Below, piece by piece: positions 19,721-38,859 of a stretch of 64,000 nt of DNA. The position numbers and the translations under genes were made by a program. Position 1 is the first letter of the stretch. Each line of letters opens with the position of its first letter. The notes below the pieces were generated by a model. That model was not told the origin of the DNA. It made no database searches and worked only from the letters and a program-made list of their open reading frames with translations. Source of the stretch: the human T2T-CHM13v2.0 reference genome, Homo sapiens; NCBI RefSeq assembly GCF_009914755.1, contig NC_060936.1; one strand, given 5' to 3'.

Positions 19721-20285
19721 TGGGGAACATCACCCCTCCACAGCACCTCCTGGCACTTCCTGACTCTGCAGCGTCTCCTCTGCATGTGGGGGTCACCCTC
19801 TCCCCGGGAGTGTCACCCCTCGGGAGGGCCAGCTGCCTGTTGACCGTGTGACCCCTTGCTAGGCTTTCCTACCTGTGAGGTGCTCCCTGGAGTCTTGACC
19901 TCCGGCCTGTGGGGGCTTCCCCCGGACATAGGGCCTTTTTGACTTGCAGCTCTTCCTCTGTTTGTGGGGGTCCCTTGCCAGTCCCCAGTGCCGTGCACTC
20001 TGTCCCCCTGACCTCCCTCATCTCCAGCTGCCCCTGCTGGAGGCCAGCACCTAGCAGGATGGTCAGGCAGGAGGCCCTGTCCACGTGTCTACACTCCCAG
20101 CCCCCAAACAGAACCTAGTAAAAGACTCTCTTTCCACCCATCACCTTGAACCTCAGAAACTGCCTCTCTCGGTGCGGGTGGGGCAAAGGCTCCTTCTCCG
20201 TGGGGTAACCGCTCCGGGTGCTCTTCCTGAGCTCTAGCTGGCTTGCCCAACTACCAGCTCCACCCCTCCACCCTGCCTCCCCTAG

Positions 20286-20477
<192 letters not shown>

Positions 20478-21361
20478 TAGTAGAGACGGAGTTTCTCCAT
20501 GTTGGTCAGGCTGGTCTCGAACTCCTGACCTCAGGTGATCCGATCGCCTTGGCCTCCCAAAGTGCTGGGATTACAGGTGTGAGCCACGGCGCCTGGCCTC
20601 CTAGGGGATTTTTAACTCATGGTCTCCCCTCCTCACCCCCTCCGCTGGCGCAGGGACTCCCTTGTTTCTGTTGGTGGCGTCACTGTTCTTGCTCAGGCTC
20701 ACAGGGATGGACACCCCAGTCACCTGTGGCACCAGAAGTCTTCTGCCACAGCCCCATGTCGCTCACATCTCCTCCTTTGCAGCCCCTTGTCAGGGGTTCT
20801 GGGGCCTCCTTTCCTCCTCACCAAACAGTGGTTGGTTTTCCTGCTTCCTGCTTTTCCATCCATTTGCATCCTGCTTGCTTTGCCAGAGTAATCTTGAAGC
20901 ATACAGGTCTTACTTTGTCACTCCTTGGCTCAGAAGTTCTCAGTGGTTCCTTGTTGACCACAAAATTGCAGACGGCTGCCTGGCAGCTTCCAGGCCCTCC
21001 ACAGCAGTGGGGAGCTTCCACAGAGTCATTTTCCTAGGCTAACCCAGAGCTGTTCCTCTCCTTCCCTTCCTCTCCCTTGGAGACAGGTGTAGTCTGTTGC
21101 CCCAGGGGCTTCTGGACAGCAGTTGGTAAATGAGTATGTGTTGGATTAGGGCAGCCTGGAGACTCCTGGAAGAAGCAGGAGGCTGCCATGTGGGATTATG
21201 TTCTTCCTCTGTGTCACCTTGCCTTGATTCCATCTGTTTCCTCTGCCAGCAATAACAGAATGCTGGTCTGGTGCCTGTCTAGCCCTGATGTTATGAAATA
21301 ATTTCAGATCGGGCAGCCCTATTAGATGGGTGAAACCACCTTCCTCCGTGGGAAGTGTTGA

Positions 21362-21701
<340 letters not shown>

Positions 21702-21848
21702 TAGCTCTACCACTTACCAGCTGTGTGATCAGGAGGAAGTCATTGGATCTCTTCATGCCTTGTTTCCTCATCTGTAAAATGGGCATAACAGGACCTGAGT
21801 CATTGAGTGGGTGTGCAGGTGACAGGAGATGGTCAAGCCCAGTGCTCA

Positions 21849-22438
<590 letters not shown>

Positions 22439-22645
22439 TTAGTTTGGAGGAGGGCATTTAGCACTGTTTTTGTCCTTTTCTCCTCTTACCACTCTTGAAG
22501 GTGATTTCCACCTGACTCTCCCCTTTCATATTCCTGGCCCTGGAGGCTTTGGGCTTTGCTTGAAGATCCAGCTCAAATGCTATCTTCTTTTTGATTATTC
22601 TCTTTGAATATTTCTGCCTTCCCTCTTCTCTCCAAGCACATGTAA

Positions 22646-22969
<324 letters not shown>

Positions 22970-23767
22970 TGAGCCACCGCGCCCGGCTGTGAGCATTCTT
23001 ATTGCTTAAAGACAGTGCCCGCGAACTCGTATCCTCTCCTCTGTGTCCCAGCAGAGGCTCACTTGTAGCCTGTATACAGTATGGGGCCATGCTTTGGACT
23101 GGATGTCAGTAGAGAGCAAGCCACACATCCTCAGCAGCCTTGCTCCCGCCCTGCAGGCTTCAGGGAGGAAGGCAGGGGCATTCCCCACTCCGGCCGCCTC
23201 TCCGTGAGCCCGTCTTCCCAGACCAAGGTTGGCAGGACGTTTCTATCCCTGCATTTTGGGAGGCTCTGGTAGGGTTACCCACCCTCTTTTCCACTGCCAT
23301 AACCACAGGTTGGTTGGTTCTTGTCACTGCTTCCAGCTGAAGCCACCTGTGCACTCCCTGCACATCCACGTGGGGCTCTGGGGTCCTCTGATGCAGACTT
23401 CCTTGGGGTCGGCTGCAGCTCCAGCCTGGCATATGTGCCTGTGATTCCAGGCCTCTAGCAAGCTCTGGCAGACATGCTGCATGTACTAGCCCTCTGTAAT
23501 TAGGAGGCAGGGAGGTGGCACCAGTTTCAAAGGCATGCTCTTTTGGAGGACTGTGCCAAGTGTCCTTCTGTGTACCACAAGCTGCACGTCGGCTCTCTGT
23601 GCAAGCAGCTGGGATGGAGTTTGCCAACAAATAGAAGGCTTGGGCCCTGTTCTCAAATAGCTCCGGGTGGCTAGGGGAGAGAGCTCATGTGAAGATAGTG
23701 CCACACGTTAGTGGACGCTGGGCATTCCACGAATGGGGCATTGGTGTTGACATTCTGAGTACTGCAC

Positions 23768-24173
23768 TGTTGTATGACAGATGCAGCTGACGGCTGTAAC
23801 TTCAGAAGAATGTGTGTTCAGGGTTCCAAGCTAAGGAATCCAGGAGTGGCCAACCCGGATTTATTCCTTGTCTATGAGGAACATCTGAACCCCCGGCCCA
23901 TCCCATGGAATGCAAGCTCTACAGGGGGATTGAGGCCCTTTCTTTTGGATTAAGTAAAGGTTACCAGGTGGAAGTTGCTAGGGGAGGGTGCTGAGTGAAG
24001 GTGCTGTATAAACTGCGTGCATTTTACAAGCGGTTGCGGTTCTCCTGTCCAGCCTGCTGCCCCCAGACCATCCCTGTAGGTAAGTTTCCAATAAACCCTG
24101 TGTCTGGCTCACTGCTTCCAGATCTCTGGAATCTGGTGCCATCTATTGGAGTTAACAGGGGTCCAGCACAACA
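23768..24173 (+). mobile_element. Solo LTR47-like (ERVL) LTR in AACS intron 1, sense orientation
   Basis: TG...CA ends; GCTAAGGAATCCAGGAGTGGCCAACCCGG...GAGGAACATCTGA resembles recalled LTR47; TATAAA at 24007, AATAAA at 24090. Confidence 0.75.
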
Positions 24174-24779
24174 GCAGTGCGCTGGGTTTAGCAGAGAATG
24201 CGGTTTAGAAGGGCGGATAGCCTGTAATCTCAGCTACTTGGGCAGCAGGGGCAAGAGGATTGCTTGAGTCCAGGAGTTAGAGGCTGCAGTGAGCTATGAT
24301 CATGCCACTGCACTCCAGCCTGGGCAGAAGAGTAAGATCCTGTCTCTAAGAAAATGAATAATAAAAAAGAGGCAGATAAAATCTTCAGCTAAGATTTGAA
24401 GGTGTGGGCTGGCCAAGATTCTCGTAGGTGGAGAGGAAGAAGGGCTGAAAATTCAGAAGCCTGTAGGGACCAGACAGGTGCCCAAGATAATAATAGTTAC
24501 TATTCAGTGAGCTCTCTCTGTATGTCGGGCTCCATCTGGCGCCTGATATGTATCAACTAATGTAATCCTCTCAGTAATCCTACCAAGTAGGTGGTAGTAG
24601 TAGCCCCATTTCACAGCTGAACAAACCAAGGCACGAAGTCTCAGTTAAGACTTTGTAGCTGTAGGCAGTGGAGCTGTAGTCTGCCGTCTGGTTAGTTGTT
24701 GCCTCTGGCATTTGCCTGAGGGCCCGATGAGGCAGCTGTTCCCAGTTCTAGCTAATCCTCACTGTGTGGTATGGACAAT

Positions 24780-25240
24780 GCATTTGTTACCTATTGCTGG
24801 TGACAAATCAGCCCAAAAGTTAGCGACTTAAAACAAGAATAAACCTTTATCACCTCTGAGTTTCTGTGGGTCAGGACTGGGGAGTGGCTAGTTGGGTGGT
24901 TCTGGCTCAGGGTCCCTGAGGGGCTGCAGTGGGAACGCACCCGTCCCCAAGAGCTCACTCACATGGCGGTAAGTTAGTGCTGGTGGTGGCAGCAAGGTAG
25001 TGCAGGAGACATCTGCCATATGCCACCTAGGACTGCGTGAGCATCCTCACTGGCTTCTCCTGGAGCAGGTGACCCAAGAGAGCCATGTGGCTGCAGTGAC
25101 CGTTACAACCTGGCCTTGGAACTCACGTTTGGCCACTTCCACAATACCCTGTTGGTGACACAGATCAGCCCTCTCAGGTTGGAAAGGGGACCATAGAGGG
25201 CCATGAATGCCTGGAGGTGACAATTACTGGCTGATGACCA
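24780..25240 (-). mobile_element. MLT1-family MaLR LTR
   Basis: ...ACTTAAAACAA...TTTCTGTGGGTCAGGA...GGTTCTGGCTCAGGGTC, typical of reverse-strand MLT1. Confidence 0.7.
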
Positions 25241-25298
25241 CAGTCAGGTACTCACTTTTCTCAGGAGAAGCCGGAGTTTCATTTAAAAATGGATTTAT

Positions 25299-25387
25299 GT
25301 GCTTGCTTTGGCAGCACATATACTAGGTAGAAAAATTTGCATGATCCCTGCACAAGGTGGAGATGCAAATTCACGAAGTAGCCCATA
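25299..25387 (+). pseudogene. U6 snRNA pseudogene, diverged, with an internal deletion
   Basis: GTGCTTGCTTTGGCAGCACATATACTA...GCATGATCCCTGCACAAGG...GCAAATTCACGAAG...CCATA followed by an A-run; aligns to U6 but lacks ~15 nt before a degraded ACAGAGA box. Confidence 0.88.
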
Positions 25388-25700
25388 AAAAAGCAACAAC
25401 AGGCTTTTAAGTGTGAGCAGCTTGCACAGGCTGAATCAGACCTGGGCTTGCGGTTGCAGCGTCCTCCCTGGTAGAGGCGGGGAGCGTGGGAGCAGAAGAG
25501 TGTGTCTGAAGAGTCGCATTTGATGAGAGGGCTGAGTTGCTGACAGTGGGAAAGTTTCCACCTGAAGTCGGCCGCTTTTTCTGTCGTCTCCCAGGGTCCT
25601 TGTGGTGTCAAGAGGCCATTGTGGCTGCATCCTTCCAGATTCATGGGGCTGGCCGCGTCTGCCTTCCTTAGTGATGCTGTTGGCGAATGCACTTTTGTGA

Positions 25701-26089
<389 letters not shown>

Positions 26090-27279
26090 TGAGCTTCTGG
26101 GCTAAAGCGATCCTCTCAGCTGTCCCTGCCCCAGTTCTTGTGATCCCTCCTTGTCCAACATAACTGAGGACCATTCCTGGACACCACAGTCAGAGGGGAC
26201 ACTGCTGAAGGGCAGGGAGCATCGTGTCTCTTCTTGTCTTCCCCACCGGGGCTGGGAACAGTGAGGATGGGCAAGCTTGACTTCACTGATGGCAGTGAGA
26301 TAATTCAGCTCAGCGGTTGTATTATACCTTTTTCCCCATTCCTGATACCCCATTGGCCATCTTCCTGTTATGTTATTATATCCTTGCCAGTCTCTGCCTT
26401 CCTGGAGCCCTAGCAAGGCTGTGCTTTGAAACAGAAGCACTGTATGGCTTCCCTTGGTCCCCGATAGGATAAAATTCTCCTGTCCCTAAGGACTGATTGG
26501 CTCACTGTGGCCAATCCACTTGGATCCTAGGCAGTTGAGAGGGTAAAGAGTCCTCAGCGAGGCTGGGGTTAGTTTTTCAGTGAAGTCACATTTCCTTTAG
26601 GAGTTAAATACATCTCTTTGTGTCAAGTTTCCAGCTCATGTCTTGATGGTGGGGAAAAGTTATTTTGAGTATAACTGAGTGGAATCTGCAAGGGGGAACT
26701 CCCCTGGGCATAAAAGTTAGACTGTTGTGGAATAAAAGGAGGGAGACCTTTTACCATGTAACTTTTGTTTTTTTTTTTTTTTTTTTTTTTGAGACGGAGT
26801 TTCGCTCTGTTGCCCAGGCTAGAGTGCAGTGGCGCGATCTCGGCTCACTTCATCCTCGGCCTCCCAGGTTTAAGCAGTTCTCTGCCTCAGCCTCCCACGT
26901 AGCTGGGATTACAGGCACCCGCCACCATGCTCGGCTAATTTTTTTTGTATTTTTAGTAGAGATGGGGTTTCACTATTTTGGCCAGGCTGATCTTGAGCTC
27001 CTGACCTCGTGATCCACCTGCCTCGGCCTCCCAAAGCACTGGGATTACAGGCGTGAGCCACCGCGTCTGGCCTCCATATGACTTTTTACACTTTCGTAAT
27101 TTTGAGTCTTGTGAACATATTGCTTCAAAAATCGAAATAAGTAGTAACACCTCCCAACATTATACTGGCCTTGAGAAGTCATCAACAGACTACCAGTTTT
27201 GAACTTCTGGGTTTTCCAATGTATCGACTATAAATTTCCTAAGGTTGTATGGTATAATAATGGTGAACTCCTAATGCCA

Positions 27280-27480
27280 TGGTGTTAATTTCCAAGGCCC
27301 TGTTCTAAGCACTTTCTACATGTGCTCATTTAAATCCTCACAACAGCCCTGTGGCTGGAGGGGGATTATTAATTATCCCCATTTTGCACTTGCCTGAGGT
27401 CACAAAGCTAATAAGTGGCAGAACCAGGATTTGAACCCGGGCATTTGGGCTCTAGAGTCTATGTTCTTAGGCATGGTAGT
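27280..27480 (-). mobile_element. MIR; further MIRs at ~21690-21850, 24490-24680, 53520-53650, 57205-57270 and 58705-58785
   Basis: AATCCTCACAACAGCCCTG...TTATCCCCATTTT...TTGCCTGAGGTCACA...CAGGATTTGAACCC MIR core. Confidence 0.75.
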
Positions 27481-27720
27481 TAAGATATAAAATCACTGAA
27501 GATGACTCAAAACATCACCGCCTCAGCTTTTGTTCTTTTTGGGGACTAGTGGTGTTGGGTTTGCGTCAATACAAATTAAGCTCCTTCCTCCCCCAGACCA
27601 TTTCTCCTCAGATGAATTTGGCTCGCTTGGACATGCTCAAGGCTTCTGAGGTGTGTCCATCTTATTAATGGATTGCCAAGATTTCCCTTCTAAGGTTAAT
27701 CTGAGCTATTTCATTTTTAG

Positions 27721-27824
27721 AGAGTTATGATGACTTGTACCATTGGTCCGTTGAGTCATATTCAGACTTCTGGGCAGAGTTCTGGAAATTCAGTGGAATT
27801 GTCTTCTCACGTGTGTATGATGAG
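27721..27824 (+). CDS. AACS: AACS exon 2 (104 nt)
   Basis: tttttag|AG acceptor; (E)[34 protein letters not shown]; GAG|gtaagt donor. Confidence 0.98.
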
Positions 27825-28115
27825 GTAAGTAGAGATTTTCCGTGGATATCATCTCTTTTTGTGGTCGTGCTTCAAAGTGAAATGCTAATTTTGGGGAATA
27901 CTGAATTGTATCTCCTTTTTACAACCTCATGCAGATGGGAAAAAGTCATTGCCCTAGAGAACTGGCATTAAATTATCACAGACCTCATCGAGAACTTTGC
28001 AGCCTGTTAATCCTCTGTTGTATGGGGACCCCAGGCCCTGTCCTGGGAACTTGAGTGATCCTAAATAGTAGTTTTGTTTGTTTGTTTGTTTGTTTTTAAT
28101 TTTTAAATATTTGGG

Positions 28116-29735
<1,620 letters not shown>

Positions 29736-30335
29736 TGGAGTTTTGTTATTTTTTTAACCTGCAGCTTAGAAAAAACTTTTCAATTCCTTACACTGTAAAT
29801 CAATAAATATCGGGAAAAAGGGAGTCCTGCCATTCAAAGTCGAATTTATTGTCTCCTTGGGGCAAACCATTTTGAAATGTTGATCTTTTGGGACTTTGAC
29901 AATAAAAATCAAGGTTCCAGCACTCCAAGGAAGGAAGCAAAGGCTGAAGCCCCCAAAAGTTGTAGGCAAGGGGCAGGTGGTCCTGGAGCTTGCTCTCCTG
30001 GTTTCCATGCGTCTGGGCAGAGCCTGACGTGTTGGGTGTCGTCTTTGACTTTAGGATCTCTCACTGAGTAGGTGTTTAATGAGTATTTGTGGAACACATA
30101 TGTTACTGGGGATGGTTGTTTTCCGTTGGCATTAATCCCTACTTTCAGTTTCTAGCTTTTAGGCCAGTTCAGAGTTCAGTCCATAAAATGATTTAAAAAT
30201 GCTCTGGGCCAATGAGTGAGCTGGCTTCCTGGGAAGAAGAACCACTTTTGCTGATTTGTGACATAGTCTCATGTTTTGCTGATCTGTAGCGTAGTCTCAT
30301 GTGTGTGCGTCTTGGTTTGTTGTCATTCTCTATAG

Positions 30336-30456
30336 GTTGTGGACACATCGAAAGGAATCGCAGATGTCCCCGAGTGGTTCAAAGGCAGTCGGCTCAACTA
30401 TGCAGAAAACCTCCTGCGGCACAAAGAGAATGACAGAGTTGCCCTTTACGTTGCAA
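30336..30456 (+). CDS. AACS: AACS exon 3 (121 nt)
   Basis: ctctatag|GTT; [40 protein letters not shown], including the W-F-x-G-x-x-L-N motif of acyl-CoA synthetases; A|gtaagt donor. Confidence 0.98.
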
Positions 30457-31189
30457 GTAAGTCCTGATGGCGAGACCTGGGATTTCCTCCGTGGAAGTTC
30501 TAGATGGTGCATGCATGCGGTGCCACATATTTGGAGAGATAGGATTTCTAAACCATATGTTGGCACCTTTCTGATGTAATTAAGATTTCTGTCGACTTTA
30601 TTTTTGCTGGGGAGGGGAAAGGGCCAGTGTGTGGTCATGCTTTATGGGCAAAATGGAGATACTCAGTATTAAGTAACTAGCTTGTGTCACACAGAAAGTT
30701 AATGATGGAACTATAACTAGAATCTCTTCCCATTGGCTTTTCCTTTTAAAATAAAGTTGAGGCTGGGTGCAGAGGCCGGGTGTGGTGGCCCAGGCTGGAG
30801 TGCACTGGCATGATCATGGATGGCTCACTGCAACCTCAATCTCCCAGGCTCAAGCAATCCTCCCACCTCAGCTTCCTGAGTAGCTGGGACTATAGGCACA
30901 CACCACTATGCATGGCTGATTTTTTTTTTTTTTTTTTTTTAGTAGAGACAGGGTCTTGCTATGTTGTCCAGGGAGGTCTTGAAATCTTGGGCTCAAGCAG
31001 TCCTCTCATCTTGGTTTCCCAGAGTGTTGGGATTTCAGACATGAGCCACTGCACCCGGCCCCTGTGCAGCTTTTAAAAATTTATTATTATTTTTAAATTG
31101 TGTGTTCCACTTTGGGAGGCCAAGGTGGGCGGATCACGAGGTCAGGAGATCGAGACTGTCCTGGCTAACATGGTGAAACCCCGTCTCTA

Positions 31190-31390
<201 letters not shown>

Positions 31391-32381
31391 TTATTGGACA
31401 CTCTTTGTGTCTAAGACATCTTGTAATGTAAGACTCAGAGATAAACTGAAGTCGTGTTCTGCCTCCAGAATATTACATTCTAATCATGGAAATAAGGCCA
31501 ACATACACAGAAACAGTTGACAATCTATATTAAATGCCAAAATGAGTCTCCAAGTTGGCAATTTTTTTTTTTTTTGAGATAGAATCTTCCTCTGTTGCCA
31601 AGGCTGGAATGCAGTGATCTCAGTTTGCTGCAACCTCTGCCTCCTGAGTTCAGGTGATTCTCCTGCCTCAGCCTCCCAAGTAGCTGGGATTACAGGCGAG
31701 CACCACCATTGCTGGCTAATTTTTGTAGTTTTAGTAGAGATGGGGTTTCCCCATGTTGGCCAGGCTGGTCTCGAACTCCTGACCTCAGGTGATTCCCCCC
31801 GCCTCGGCCTCCTAAAGTGCTGGGATTACAGGCGTGAGCCACCATGCCCGGCCCCAGTTGGCAATTTTTATTAGAAGCCAGAGAAAGATTAATTCACTGT
31901 GGTATAAAATACTCATCAGAAACTTCACTCACTCCCTAGATCAGCACAAGAAACCAAACCACTGGAAACAGGCAGTGAGTGGCCCTGCCCAGGCTACAGA
32001 GCAGGGCCTCCCTTCTGCCATCGTGGGAAGGACCAGCAGCCCCTGTGCAGTTGGTAAAGATCATGGCAGTCCAGTTCCCACCGAGACTTACTGGGACACA
32101 TCTTCCAGGGCTGGGGCCCAGGCTTCCATGTATTTTCAAAGCCCATGGGCACTTCTGATGCACATTCCTGGTGAAGAGCCATGGAGCAATGTCTCGACGT
32201 ACCATATGGGGCTGGTCAGTGTTCCATTGCTGTTTTCCTTGGTTCTCAGCCTTGACATGGTCAGGGCAGAGTAGATAGGTGGTCTGGGGTCAGGGCTCTG
32301 ACTGGCTCTCCCGTGCCCTTTGCATGCCCACCTGTCTGTTACATCCATTTGTTCCTCAGATCTGTATTAAATGCCTCATTA

Positions 32382-32885
<504 letters not shown>

Positions 32886-33248
32886 CTACGGAACTTGATG
32901 AAGCCTTCCTCTGGCTGACCCCTGTACCTGGAATCTCCTCCCCGCACCTCTGTGGAAGTCATGTTCCCAGGCACAAGGAACAGCCAGAAGAAGGCCCTGG
33001 GCTGGAGGAGGCTCTGTGTCTGTGGGGAACAGCCAGGAAGGCTGAGCTGGGGGGCCTCGGTGGTGAGTCCAGGAGTGTGGGGAGGTGTGAGAGGGAGTGG
33101 GCCATCCTCAGGGTTCTGAGCAAGGGCTGGGTGATCCCGTGGTGACCTGGCTGCTGGGTGGAGAACGGGAAGGGATTGCATCATGGGAAAGGAGACTTAG
33201 GGGACTGCTCCGTGCTCCAGCTCTGCGTCCCCAGGGTCACCCCTCTGA

Positions 33249-33935
<687 letters not shown>

Positions 33936-34517
33936 TCCCTAAGAGGCTCCTGTGAGACTGGCCTGCCTCAGGCACTGCAGTGCATGTGGGAACCTCCCTA
34001 GGGTGCCAACCCAGTCGCCTCTTTCGTAATCCTGAGAAGGAGAACGAGAACGCTGCGTCTCTTTTCTTTTCCTCGTCTCTTTAAATGTGTGTGCTTTAAC
34101 CCAATGTCTCAGACACTTCATGAGCTCCTGGTTTCTCCTGTAAAGTGGGAACGGTCAAATGTGAATCCTTAAAAAAAACCCAAAAACCCAAAACTAAAAA
34201 TCTAAACCCAAAACTAAAAAACTAAAAATATACTTGATTCCTAGTGATGACATAAGCCAGTCTTCCCAGAACTTGTAATACGGGTGTCTGGGTGGAGACT
34301 GAACTGGGTGGGGTGTCTCTCTCTCTCTCTCTCTCTGTTACATACAGTATTGGCTGAATCCAGCCAGTTGCCTTTTATTTTTTTAAACCCGGCCCTGTCT
34401 CGAGGGTGGGTTATAATTCTGTGTCTGTTTCACACCCCCTACCCCTTTACCTTAGCCTGTCTTCTCTTCACTCCCACCATCTCTTCTCTTTTAAGTATTT
34501 GAGCCCCCCCTTTTTAA

Positions 34518-34745
<228 letters not shown>

Positions 34746-35682
34746 TAGCCAGGATGGTCTCCATCTCCTGACCTCGTGATCCACCCGCCTTGGCCTCCCA
34801 AAGTGCTGGGATTACAGGCGTGAGTCACCGTGCCTGGCCTTTTTATTTTATTTTATTTTGAGATGGAGTCTCGTTCTGTCACCCAGGCTGGAGTGCAGTG
34901 TCGTGATCACAGTTCACTGCAATCTCCACCTCCCCAGTTCAAGCCATCCTTCCACCTCAGCCTCCTGAGTAGCTAGGGTTGCACGCGTGCGCCACCACAC
35001 TGGCTAATTTTTGTATTTTTAGTAGAGATGAGGTTTCTCACCATGTTGGCCAGGTTGGTCTTGAACTCCTGACCTCAAGTGATCCACCCGCCTCAGCCTC
35101 TGAAAGTGTTGGGATTACAGGCGTGAACCACCACGCCTAGCAGAGCCCCTTCTTTTAATGAGCTTTATCCCTTCCTTATAATTGCAGTGGGAATAAGGAC
35201 CCTTATGCCAGTGATCACAGTTAGTTTACAAATCGCATCCCTTACTTAAGCAGGGGCCTAAGCAGCCGATTATTGGCTCGGGGGCTTTAAGATCATTGTG
35301 CTTCGTTTTCTGCATGTTTTTCCTGACTTGTTCCTTACCCAGCTGGGTGCAGGTGCTCACGGAGCTCTGCTCCATGCTCACTCAGGCGTTCTCAGCAAAA
35401 CTCATCTCTCCTATGGGTAATCCCCGTCGAGGCCATGCGATGCCCTGCTTAAAAAAATACATACATGTGCACAATTGCCTTCATGCTCCAGCGAGTAGAG
35501 CAAACAACATGCATTAGCACATCCGTGTTGAGATTGTTAGAACAGCTGCCTGCGCAGCACATTTTGCTTTTGAAGAGTAGCTATCAGCTTACCGAGTATT
35601 TTCACATGATGGAAAGTTTTCTGGGCTGGGAATGTGGGAGAGGTAATAAAAAGGCTACCCCAGGGCAGCAAGGAGAGGATGA

Positions 35683-36260
<578 letters not shown>

Positions 36261-36406
36261 TGATCCTCCCATCTCAGCCTCCCAAAGTGCTGGGATTACA
36301 GGTGTGAGCTGTAACACCTGGCTGGAAAAAGCCAGATTTATGCCAAAGGGAAATTAGGATGTTTATTCACTTTCTAAAAGAGACAATTCGCCAGCACGGT
36401 GGCTCA

Positions 36407-36711
<305 letters not shown>

Positions 36712-36844
36712 TTATAGAACTGAAAAGCGATGATCAATCAGGAGCAAAATATTTGCATCAAGGGTAATGGTCAAAAGAGTAACTTCTATACTGTAGAAAT
36801 TATCTTCAAATCATTTTCCTGTACCTTCACAACACTGAGTCTTA

Positions 36845-37305
36845 CTTGTATTAGTTATCTTTCCATGTCGTAGATTTCCTGAAAGCCATAGTTTAGAACA
36901 AACATTTCTTACCTCCCAGTTTCTGTGGGTTACAAATCCAGCAGTGGCTTAGCTGGGTGATCACTCATCAAGTTGCAGTGAGGATGCTGGCAGGGGTTGC
37001 AGGCATCTGAAGGCTTGACTGAGGCTAGAGGAACCACATCCAAGATGGTGTGCTCACGTGGCTGTTGGTGGGAGGCCTCGTTCCTCCTCCTGTGGGCTGC
37101 CTCCTCCAGAGGCTTCCTCAGTGACCTCACAGCATGGCCACTGGCATCCCCTAGAGTGAGCCAGATGGGAACTGCAGTGTCTCTTATGACCACAGCTCAG
37201 AAGTCATTGTCATTTCCACAGTAACCCATCGATTCCCCAGGTCAGGTGTGAATACCAGCGGGCAGGAGTCACTGGGGGGCCATTGTGGAGGCCGGCTACA
37301 CACTG
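36845..37305 (-). mobile_element. MLT1-family MaLR LTR
   Basis: TGTATTAGTTATCT...CAGTTTCTGTGGGT...GCTTAGCTGGGTG...AAGGCTTGACTG. Confidence 0.7.
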
Positions 37306-37813
37306 TCCCTTCCCATTTGTACAGTCTGTTAGGCGAAAATTGGTATCTTCCTGTTTTAACATACATTTCTTTGATAACGGGTGGTTGATCGTTTTTTTTT
37401 TAATTTTTTTCTGTACTATCAAAGTTTTTGACAGTAAGCTTGTGTCACTTTTAATCTTCTAAAAAATTATACTACTGAGCAATAAAAGAAGTGAATTTTT
37501 TTGTTTGTTTGTTTGTTTGAGACAGAGTCTCACTCGGTCGCCGAGGCTGGAGTGCAGTAGCACCATGTTGACTCACTGCAACCTCCGTCTCCTGGGTTCA
37601 AGCAATTCTCCTGCCTCAGCCTCCTGAGTAGCTGGGATTACAGGCGTCCACCACCACGCCCGGCTAAGTTTTATATTTTTAGTACAGACGGGGTTTCACC
37701 ATGTTGGCCAGGCTGGTCTTGAACTCCTGACCTCAGGTGATTCACCTGCCTCAGCCTCCCAAAGTGCTGGGATTACAGGCGTGAGCCACCGTGCCCGGCC
37801 TAGAAGTGAATTA

Positions 37814-38185
<372 letters not shown>

Positions 38186-38859
38186 CTATATTTCATGTAA
38201 CATTTCTCCCTCCCTCCCTCACTTCCTCCCCTCCTTTCCTTCTTTCCTTTCCTTTCTTTCCTTTCTTTTCGACAGGGTCTCACTCTGTTGCTCAGGCTGG
38301 AGTGCAGTGGTACGAACATAGGTCACTGCAGCCTTAAACCTCTGGGCTCAAGTGATCGTCCCATCTCAGCCTCCCAAGCAGCTAGGGCTACAGGTATACA
38401 CCACCACGCCTGGCTAGTTTTTAAATTTTTTTTTTTTTTTTCCAAGACAGAGTCTCACTCTGTCACCCAGGCTGGAGTGCAGTGGTGTGATCTCAGCTCA
38501 TGGCAGCCTCAACCTCCTGAGCTCAGGTGATCCTCCCACTTCAGTATCCCGAGTAGATAGGACTATAGGTAAGCACCACCATGCTTGGCTAATTTTTAAA
38601 AATTTTTTTTGTAGAGACGAGGTTTTACCAGTTGTCCAGGCTGGTCTCGAACTCCTGAGCTCAAGCAACCTGCCCACCTTGGCCTCCCAAAGCGCTGGCA
38701 TTACAGGCATGAGCCACCCTGCCTAGCCTTAGTTTTAACATTTTTTGTAGAGTCTCACTATCTTACCCAGGCTGGTCTTGAACTCCTAACCTCATGTGAT
38801 CTTCCTGCCTTAACCTCTCAAAGAGCAAGGATGATAGACATGAACTACTTCTCTCAGCC

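Noticed and set aside
19290-19763. 157-aa ORF extending AACS exon 1 at both ends
   Set aside because: The true start is the Kozak ATG at 19434 and the frame leaves at the 19567 donor; the upstream start is non-ATG and only ~6 nt from the predicted TSS, so an N-terminal extension is unsupported
25299-25387. Functional U6 snRNA gene
   Set aside because: Internal deletion, degraded ACAGAGA box, A-tail instead of a T-run terminator, and no recognisable PSE
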